The notes under the pieces are model-generated. The model ran no database searches and was not told where the DNA came from. It saw nothing but the letters and a program-made list of their open reading frames with translations. From Verrucomicrobiia bacterium (GTDB taxonomy: Bacteria; Verrucomicrobiota; Verrucomicrobiia; Limisphaerales; UBA1319): a DNA stretch of 64,000 nucleotides. The stretch's first letter is position 1. Each line of letters starts with the position of its first letter. Positions 57,316-64,000 of the stretch are shown here, piece by piece. The stretch is from assembly GCA_963664225.1 (NCBI GenBank), contig OY760937.1:2400001-2464000 (forward strand), read 5' to 3'. The position numbers and the translations under genes were made by a program.

Positions 57316-58209
57316 ATGTCTCAGGACAAAATGCAACAACAGCGGTTCGAGCTGAAATACAAAATCAGCGAGGATACCGCCATGCGTGTGCGAGATTTTG
57401 TCAGCAGCTACCTGATTCCGGACGAATTTGCGGAAGGAAAACCGAATTTTTCCTATCCTGTTCACAGTCTTTACCTGGATTCGGACGACATGCGCCTGTA
57501 TTGGGACACGATCAACGGAAACAAAAACCGTTTCAAACTGCGTTTGCGCTATTACGACGACAATCCCAATTCGCCGATTTTCTTCGAAATCAAGCGCCGG
57601 ATGAACAATTGCATCCTCAAGCAACGCGGCGGGGTGCGGCGCAATGCGGTGGGCTGGCTGCTGGCCGGGCATATTCCCGAAGCTTCGCATCTGGTTTCCA
57701 AGGAAACCAAGCCGATGGTGGCATTGCAGCGCTTCTGCCAGCTCATGGCCGAGATGGGCGCCAGCCCCAAAGGCCACATATTTTATATGCGTGAGGCCTG
57801 GATGGGGCTTTACGACAATTCGGTGCGTGTCACGCTGGATCGGGAGGTGGGTTGCGACCCGCATTTCAGCATGGAGGTGTCAACCCGCGTGACCAATCCC
57901 TCATTCGCTTTTCGACCCATCGTCATTCTGGAGTTAAAGTTTACAAATCGCTTTCCCGTGTGGTTTGAGGATTTGGTGCGCTCCTGCAATCTGGTCCTCA
58001 CCGGAGCCGCGAAGTATGTGGAGGGTGTCGACGCCTGCGGTTCAAGTATTTTTTACGGACGCCGTCCCACGCTGATCGAGGAGATGCAAACCACTCAGGC
58101 GCCGGAACCGATACAAAACGGCAATCCCACGCTGGATCCGGCTCCAGCAAGAGCGGATGAAGCCGTCGGACAAAGTAATTTAATCAAAGAGGAATTGAAT
58201 CATGGGTGA
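57316..58209 (+). CDS. VTC-domain (CYTH-fold polyphosphate polymerase-like) protein
   Basis: RFELKY, VHSLYLD, RFKLRLRYY, FEIKRR, RVTLD, ILELKF, KY motifs. Confidence 0.88.
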   Translation: MSQDKMQQQRFELKYKISEDTAMRVRDFVSSYLIPDEFAEGKPNFSYPVHSLYLDSDDMRLYWDTINGNKNRFKLRLRYYDDNPNSPIFFEIKRRMNNCILKQRGGVRRNAVGWLLAGHIPEASHLVSKETKPMVALQRFCQLMAEMGASPKGHIFYMREAWMGLYDNSVRVTLDREVGCDPHFSMEVSTRVTNPSFAFRPIVILELKFTNRFPVWFEDLVRSCNLVLTGAAKYVEGVDACGSSIFYGRRPTLIEEMQTTQAPEPIQNGNPTLDPAPARADEAVGQSNLIKEELNHG

Positions 58210-58888
58210 TTGGTTGTTTCAGGGCGATTACGCCACCGCGCCGACAAATGTCCCCTCCGTGGCGCTGGGACTGATGCTTGCCTTTTTGTGCGGGCACGTG
58301 ATTGCATGGGTTTACACCCACACGCATAATGGCTTGTCTTATTCCCGGAGTTTTGTGGCCTCGCTGGGCACCATACCCATCATCGTGGCGCTGGTCATGA
58401 TGGTGCTGGCCAACAACCTGGTGACCGCCTTTGGCATGATGGCCGTCTTTGCCATTGTCCGCTTCCGAAACGTTTTGCGCGACACCCTGGATACCACCTA
58501 CGTCCTGTGCGTCATCGTGGTGGGCATGGCGTGCGGCACGCAAAAATATGCCACCGCGGTTGTCGGCTGCATCCTGATCACTGCGGTGATCCTCTACATG
58601 CACTACACCCAGTTTGGCGCGCGGCATCGTTATGATTTGATCGTCAACCTGCATTGGGGCCGCGAATCCAAGGAAATGCCCGAGTTGCTCGACGTGTTTC
58701 ATCGCCACACTCAAATGGCCCAATGCGCCAGCCAGCGCTCCAGCGAAGGAGCCCCCGGCGCCGATTTGTCCTATCGGCTGCTCCTGCGCGATCCCATGCG
58801 CGTTAATGACCTGCTTGGGGACCTGAAACAGTTGCCAGGCGTATCCCGCCTGACCAGCATGCAGGCCCAGGACGAAAATGAAATGTAA
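58202..58888 (+). CDS. DUF4956-family membrane protein
   Basis: YSRSFV, AFGMMAVFAIVRFRN, GMACG; C-terminal soluble ACT-like part; overlaps the VTC gene. Confidence 0.85.
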   Translation: MGDWLFQGDYATAPTNVPSVALGLMLAFLCGHVIAWVYTHTHNGLSYSRSFVASLGTIPIIVALVMMVLANNLVTAFGMMAVFAIVRFRNVLRDTLDTTYVLCVIVVGMACGTQKYATAVVGCILITAVILYMHYTQFGARHRYDLIVNLHWGRESKEMPELLDVFHRHTQMAQCASQRSSEGAPGADLSYRLLLRDPMRVNDLLGDLKQLPGVSRLTSMQAQDENEM

Positions 58889-58891
58889 TCC

Positions 58892-60013
58892 ATGAGTTCA
58901 AAAAACGTCATCCCCACGCCTCCCGCCGTTCGTTGGCGTGAATTTCGCGTCAAGGTAGTCCCTCTCATCGTGTTTGTGGCAATGGCGGCGGCTGCCTTGG
59001 GGCTCTGGCGCCAATATGTGGTGCCCGTGAGCATGGTCGGGCGGGTCGAGAACATTCAGACCGATGTGGCCTGCACCCAGGCGGGTACCGTCACTCAACT
59101 CCATGTCAACCGCTTCGACAAAGTTTCGGCAAACGAGCCGATCGCCGAGGTGATCACCACAGATCCGAAGATCATGGCCGCGACACTCGCCGTCATCAAC
59201 GCGGAGATCGAGATGCTGCGCGCCGGCATCTCCCCTGCGGACGCGGCCCAGCGCACGACAATCAATTACGAGGACATGCGGATGAACTGGATGAAATACC
59301 GCGCGGACCTGGCGACCGCCCGCGTGAATCTGCAATTCGCGGAAAACGAGTTCCAACGTTCCGAGAAGCTGTACAAGGAAAAAGTCCTCTCCGCCTCGGA
59401 TTATGAAAAGGCGCTCTCCGTGCGGGATGCCTATAAAAAGGAGATCGATGAAAAAACAGCCCTTGTAGCCGGTGCGGAAGAAAGCGTCAAACGCCTCGAA
59501 AAAGCCACCTCAAGCGCCAAATTGCCAGAAACCCAATTGCAGGCCTCAATCAATCTGTGCGAAAAGAAACTGGAGGAGGCCATGGCTCAAATGAATCCCG
59601 TCACGGTGCGATCCCCGATGGACGGGTCCGTCATCATGATTCACCGCTACAACGGGGAAAATGTGGCGGCAGGCATTCCCATTGTCACCATCGGGGCCAT
59701 GCAGGCAGACCGCATTGTGGGTTACATCCGCCAACCCTTTTACGGCACCCCCGAAAAGGACATGCTGGTGCGGGTGCGCACGCGCGGCAGCCACCGGCGC
59801 GAAGGAATGGGCAAAATCCTCGCGGTCGGTCCCCAATTGCAACCGCTCAATGACGAATTCATGTCGCCCACGCGGTTGAATAACCTCGTCGAAATGGGAC
59901 TCCCGGTCTATGTGAGCATGCCGCCGGAATTAAAGTCCGGACCGGGCGAGTCGATCCGTCTGCACCCGGGCGAGTTCGTGGATATGACCTTGATTCCGGG
60001 CAAAGCCCTGTAG
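58892..60013 (+). CDS. HlyD/membrane-fusion (periplasmic adaptor)-like protein
   Basis: N-terminal TM; lipoyl halves (AGTVTQLHV; VRSPMDGSV..GENV.AG.PI), long coiled coil, LHPGEFVDM. Confidence 0.8.
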   Translation: MSSKNVIPTPPAVRWREFRVKVVPLIVFVAMAAAALGLWRQYVVPVSMVGRVENIQTDVACTQAGTVTQLHVNRFDKVSANEPIAEVITTDPKIMAATLAVINAEIEMLRAGISPADAAQRTTINYEDMRMNWMKYRADLATARVNLQFAENEFQRSEKLYKEKVLSASDYEKALSVRDAYKKEIDEKTALVAGAEESVKRLEKATSSAKLPETQLQASINLCEKKLEEAMAQMNPVTVRSPMDGSVIMIHRYNGENVAAGIPIVTIGAMQADRIVGYIRQPFYGTPEKDMLVRVRTRGSHRREGMGKILAVGPQLQPLNDEFMSPTRLNNLVEMGLPVYVSMPPELKSGPGESIRLHPGEFVDMTLIPGKAL

Positions 60014-60045
60014 GACTGGATTCCGACCTTCGTTCCAATTTCAAC

Positions 60046-60070
60046 ACGCGGCCGGATCGGCCGGCCGCGT
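60046..60070. terminator. GC-rich hairpin between convergent genes
   Basis: ACGCGGCCGG-atcgg-CCGGCCGCGT perfect 10-bp stem. Confidence 0.5.
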
Positions 60071-60082
60071 TAAATCTTCCCT

Positions 60083-61270
60083 CTATTTTCGCAACCGCTT
60101 GACGAAGCGGTCCATGCGCTCCGCCGCGATCTCGAGCTTCTCAAGCGACGTGGCAAAACAGGCCCGCAGATAGCCTTCCCCGCTTGCGCCAAACGCGCTG
60201 CCGGGCACACACGCCACCTTTTCCTCCTGCAGAAGCCGAAAGGCAAACTCCTTGGAACTCAGGCCCGTGGAGCGTATGCAGGGAAAGGAGTAGAAGGAAC
60301 CCCGCGGCAGATGGCAGGGCAGGCCCATTTGGTTAAAGGCGTTGACAATGAAATTGCGGCGGCGCTTGTAGTGCTCGCACATGTCCTGCGTATCGGCCCG
60401 TCCGCGCTGAATGGCCTCGATGGCGGCCTCCTGGCTGACAATGCTGGCGCAGAGCATCGAATACTGGTGAATGCGCATCATGGCCTCGATGATCTCGGCG
60501 GGTCCGCAGGCGTAACCGATGCGAAAGCCGGTCATGGCAAACGCCTTGGAAAAACCGTGCAGGAACACCGTGCGCTCCTTCATTCCCGGCAGCGTGGCCA
60601 GGCTCACATGTTCGCCCTCGAATGTTAATTCCGCATACACCTCATCCGTGATCACCAGCAGGTTGTGGCGGCGCACCACGGCCGCAATCCCCTCCAACGC
60701 CTCGCGCGTCATGGTGCCACCGGTGGGGTTGGTGGGAAAGCTCAGGAGCAGCACACGGGAACGGGGCGTTATGGCCTTTTCGATGGCCTCGGGCGTGACC
60801 GCAAAGTTATTCTCCGCGGAGCAGGGAACCGGCACCGCCTTCCCGTGGGAGAGGGCGATGCTGGGCGAATAGCTTACATAGCAGGGTTCGTGATAAAGAA
60901 TCTCGTCTCCCGGATTAATGACCGCGCGCAAGGCAATATCGAGGGCTTCGCTCACCCCCACCGTGACCAGCACTTGATTCTTGGGATCGTATTGGAGGTT
61001 GAAATACTTGTTCAGATATTCGCTGATGCCCTCGCGCAATTTCCACAGGCCCAGGTTCGAAGTGTAGGAGGTCCTGCCCCGCTCCAGGGCAAAAATCGCC
61101 GCCTCGCGGATGTGCCACGGGGTCACAAAATCCGGTTCACCCACGCCCAGGCTGATCACATCGGTCATGCCCTGGACGAGGTCAAAAAAGTCCCGAATCC
61201 CCGAGCGCGGAATGGGGCGCACGTGGCGGGCAATAAAATCCTCTGGCTGGAACGCCTCGTTCATCCCCAC
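60083..61270 (-). CDS. Class I/II PLP-dependent aminotransferase
   Basis: ISLGVGEPDF, FPTNPTG, TDEVY, GFSKAFAMTGFRIGY, VPGSAFG. Confidence 0.93.
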   Translation of the reverse strand: MGMNEAFQPEDFIARHVRPIPRSGIRDFFDLVQGMTDVISLGVGEPDFVTPWHIREAAIFALERGRTSYTSNLGLWKLREGISEYLNKYFNLQYDPKNQVLVTVGVSEALDIALRAVINPGDEILYHEPCYVSYSPSIALSHGKAVPVPCSAENNFAVTPEAIEKAITPRSRVLLLSFPTNPTGGTMTREALEGIAAVVRRHNLLVITDEVYAELTFEGEHVSLATLPGMKERTVFLHGFSKAFAMTGFRIGYACGPAEIIEAMMRIHQYSMLCASIVSQEAAIEAIQRGRADTQDMCEHYKRRRNFIVNAFNQMGLPCHLPRGSFYSFPCIRSTGLSSKEFAFRLLQEEKVACVPGSAFGASGEGYLRACFATSLEKLEIAAERMDRFVKRLRK

Positions 61271-61365
61271 ATAACAAAAGGAAAAAGCCCAAAGGTGAAA
61301 GCAAAAAGTGCGGACGAATGCGTTCCGGGTGTGATACCGTAGTCCCAGCAGTCCGGTGAAGGATT

Positions 61366-62469
61366 ATGGAAACCTTTCAAAAACCGATCGATATTTTCAG
61401 GACGATTGTGGAGCGCATCGACCGCCGCGAAGCCTTTGCGGTCGCCGTTGTATTGGATACCCGGGGGTCCACGCCGCGGGAAACCGGCGCCCGGGCGCTC
61501 ATCGAACCCAACGGAAATATTACCGGAACCATTGGCGGCGGCGCGATGGAGGGAGAAGCCCGGCGGCGGGGTGCGGAAGCCATCGCCTCAGGGCGCGCGG
61601 TGGTTTTCGAGTGCCGATTTGAAGGGGTGGGATTGAAGGAAGCGATTCCCATCTGCGGTGGAACCATGAGGGTGCTCCTGGATCCTTCGCCGGATGCAAG
61701 CCGGGAAATTTATGCACGCGCCAGGGATCTGGCCCAAGCAGGCCAGAGCGGCATTTTAATCACCACCGTGACCACGGAGATCCCGGAAACGACGCCAAAA
61801 GTGGAGGTTCGGTGGATCGACAGGGGTGAAGTGGCGAAGGCAACGATCCCACCCGGAGCGGAGGTGCTGCAAAGGGTACTCGAGGAGGAAACGCCGTTTC
61901 ATCTGCTGAAACCCGGCGAGGCTGGGGCGCCAACGGTCGAGATTCTGGCGGAACCGGTCCTTGCCCAGCCCGTATTACTGATTGCGGGCGGCGGGCATGT
62001 GGGCTGCGCGCTGGCGTGGCAGGCCGCCATGATCGGCTATGACGTCACCGTCGTCGATGACCGGCCCGAATATACCGACGCCGCGCGTTATCCAGACGGT
62101 GTAAAAACGGTGTGCGGGGACATTCCGGGCATACTGGCCGCGTTTCCAAGCGGCCCGGAAACCAGCATTGTGCTGGTGACACGCGGGCATTTGTGCGACG
62201 ACGCCGCCCTGGAGGTCTGCATTCGCAAACCTGCGGCTTACCTGGGAATGATCGGCAGCCGGAGGAAAACCGCGCTGATGCGCCGCGAATTCCTCCAGTC
62301 AGGCCGCGCCACGGAGGAGGAATGGAACCGCATTTACGCTCCCATTGGCCTGGACATTGGCGCGCTCAGTGTTCCCGAAATTGCGGTCAGCATTGCGGCC
62401 CAATTGATCGCCGCGCGCCGGATGGGCCATTCGGCGGGCATGCCAACCCAGGAAACTCAAAATGATTAG
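61366..62469 (+). CDS. xdhC: XdhC/CoxI molybdoenzyme maturation factor
   Basis: GSTPRETGA, GTIGGG, ICGG, GGGHVG, VDDRPE, YLGMIGSRRK, APIGLDIG. Confidence 0.9.
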   Translation: METFQKPIDIFRTIVERIDRREAFAVAVVLDTRGSTPRETGARALIEPNGNITGTIGGGAMEGEARRRGAEAIASGRAVVFECRFEGVGLKEAIPICGGTMRVLLDPSPDASREIYARARDLAQAGQSGILITTVTTEIPETTPKVEVRWIDRGEVAKATIPPGAEVLQRVLEEETPFHLLKPGEAGAPTVEILAEPVLAQPVLLIAGGGHVGCALAWQAAMIGYDVTVVDDRPEYTDAARYPDGVKTVCGDIPGILAAFPSGPETSIVLVTRGHLCDDAALEVCIRKPAAYLGMIGSRRKTALMRREFLQSGRATEEEWNRIYAPIGLDIGALSVPEIAVSIAAQLIAARRMGHSAGMPTQETQND

Positions 62470-63055
62470 CGCCATCGTTCTTGCAGCCGGTCAATCCCTG
62501 CGCATGGGCACACAGAAGCTCCTGTTGCCCCTGGGAAAAACCACGGTCATCGCCCATATCGTGGACACGCTCCTGGCAGGCGGTTTGTCCCGGGTGATTG
62601 TGGTCACGCGGCCCGGGGAACCGCACATCGCCGAGGCCCTTGTCGGACGCGAAATTCAATTCACGGAGAACCCCGATCCCGAGGGGGACATGCTCAGTTC
62701 GGTGCGCTGCGGATTGCGGGCCCTGACCGGGGACTGCCAGGCGGTGATGCTGGCCTTGGGGGATCAACCGGGCATCACGCCGGAATTGGTCCGCGACCTG
62801 GCCATCGATTACGGGCTCCATCCTGAAGGTATTCTTGTGCCCGTGTTTCAAGGCAAACGCGGACATCCCATGATCTTCTCGGTAAAATACCGGGACGAAA
62901 TTCTCCAGCAGCATGATGGCTCAGGCCTGCGTGGTCTCCTGCTGGCGCATCCGCAGGAATTGCGCGAGTGGACTGCGGATTCAGGGGCGGTGCTCGAAGA
63001 CATGGACGTGCCCGAAGATTATCAGCGGGAACTCGCGCGAAGAAGCAGAACTTGA
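62462..63055 (+). CDS. mocA: Molybdenum cofactor cytidylyltransferase-like nucleotidyltransferase
   Basis: IVLAAGQSLRMGTQKLLL, LGDQP, GHP, DMDVPEDY; overlaps xdhC. Confidence 0.85.
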   Translation: MISAIVLAAGQSLRMGTQKLLLPLGKTTVIAHIVDTLLAGGLSRVIVVTRPGEPHIAEALVGREIQFTENPDPEGDMLSSVRCGLRALTGDCQAVMLALGDQPGITPELVRDLAIDYGLHPEGILVPVFQGKRGHPMIFSVKYRDEILQQHDGSGLRGLLLAHPQELREWTADSGAVLEDMDVPEDYQRELARRSRT

Positions 63056-63224
63056 CGCCAAAAGCGTGCTACAAAAAAGATGAAATGTCAGTCAGCCAGT
63101 GAAGCGGAACGCCCGGTGAGGGCAGCGGGGCCTCCATGAGAAAAAGAGAAGCGACGAGCCACCGCCAACTTACGAATGCAATTCCAAAGCACTACGGCTG
63201 TGTCCTACGGGCTGCACGCTCCGG

Positions 63225-64000
63225 TTAACCGGCATGGGGCGTCTCCTCAACGAGAACCTTTACGCGGCGTGCCAAGGTCATCCACAATACGGCAAAACCT
63301 CCGAACAAAGTGCCGAAACCGATCGCAATTAGGGGAGGCATCCAGACTGTGACGAACGTCTCTATATTACATTTCTCGGGATTCTCCAGACTGTACAGTA
63401 TGGAGACCTTATCTCCGGGATTAAACTTGAAGTATCCCGAACCAATCTCGGAGCGCCGCGTAAATGTGGAGCCATTTGTGTCGGTAAAAGAGAATACCGG
63501 GTAATACGATGTTCCGCCCTCCGAATCAGTGCTTACGTCGAGTTGCACGATAATGCCGGCCGCTCTTGCAGCATGGCTGACAAACCAGCAGGTGTGAAGG
63601 AGCCACACCGCACCAACGACCGCGATCAACGTCCCGATCAAGACAAACGCCCGTCCCATTAGGAACACGCTTTGCGAAGGCGTTTTTGGCCGGTTTGGGA
63701 GTGTCGGGCTGCCGCTTACCGAAACAGACTCTTGGGTGGCGACGGATTGCCTCTGTAATCTCGCATGGCGGCGATTGGCGTAGCGAACGGTCAGGTATAG
63801 GGCCAAGGCGAGTGGCACCGGAACGAGCACGCGTTGTCCCAGAGAACGTTGGCGTCTGGCCTCTTCCTGCCAAAAATTGGGAGTCGCCTCGATTACTCTC
63901 AAGGTCTCGTCCTGAACAATCATCTCGGTCGCATCGGGATTATAAAAGACATCGATTTTCGTCCCCTTGGGGAATCGGGCAAGCACTTCCTCCTGATTGC
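63225..64000 (-). CDS. DUF3592-domain membrane protein, 5'-partial (probably two DUF3592-like units)
   Basis: Frame is open to the window end; YYPVFSFTD.NG...PGDKVSILY and an upstream GTKIDVFYNP. Confidence 0.7.
   Translation of the reverse strand, partial: NQEEVLARFPKGTKIDVFYNPDATEMIVQDETLRVIEATPNFWQEEARRQRSLGQRVLVPVPLALALYLTVRYANRRHARLQRQSVATQESVSVSGSPTLPNRPKTPSQSVFLMGRAFVLIGTLIAVVGAVWLLHTCWFVSHAARAAGIIVQLDVSTDSEGGTSYYPVFSFTDTNGSTFTRRSEIGSGYFKFNPGDKVSILYSLENPEKCNIETFVTVWMPPLIAIGFGTLFGGFAVLWMTLARRVKVLVEETPHAG

Noticed and set aside
61366..63055. xdhC-mocA without molybdoenzyme structural genes
   Set aside because: Maturation genes are often unlinked from their clients; ordinary
1..64000. 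CRISPR arrays, rRNA, intact IS or prophage, retron/RT or defence islands
   Set aside because: No spaced repeat array, rRNA-like tract, transposase, reverse transcriptase or phage structural gene was seen

Overview
GC-rich bacterial chromosomal window. The gene repertoire and protein style (PA14/Ig giant, shared terminal ...W...F/Y-x-RL domains, lineage-type hypotheticals) suggest Verrucomicrobiota subdivision 3 (Pedosphaerales/Limisphaerales); this is inference. Left part, in order: a partial secreted protein, a phoU-pstSCAB1B2 operon, an orphan CapD-type dehydratase, a beta-propeller gene followed by a broken GH106 gene fused to an ArsR remnant, SRPBCC, a GntR-GH38-kinase-PMI sugar operon, a Phd/VapC TA pair, a double redoxin, a LuxR-type regulator, a Cys-rich Zn-finger protein and a Tat-exported GHL6 hydrolase. 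Middle part: an Rrf2-hypothetical-trxA-htrA module, repeat proteins, an OPT transporter, an integrase remnant beside tRNA-Thr(UGU), SUI1, DUF5107-TPR, GH16 and GH28-like genes, and yajQ. Right part: AsmA-like, an orphan nuoM-nuoN pair with a structured leader, a C25-like peptidase, a stand-alone HisKA-like protein, a 1864-aa lectin/Ig surface protein divergent from a VTC-DUF4956-HlyD-like operon, an aminotransferase, xdhC-mocA and a partial DUF3592 gene. Best candidates for undescribed biology: (1) the VTC/DUF4956/membrane-fusion operon, a possible polyphosphate synthesis-export machine; (2) PhoU fused to a catalytically dead ArsC/LMW-PTP domain, together with a complementary-degenerate PstB heterodimer; (3) an Rrf2 redox module with visible operators; (4) a structured RNA leader before nuoMN. 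All family calls come from motif recognition by eye; no database searches were run.
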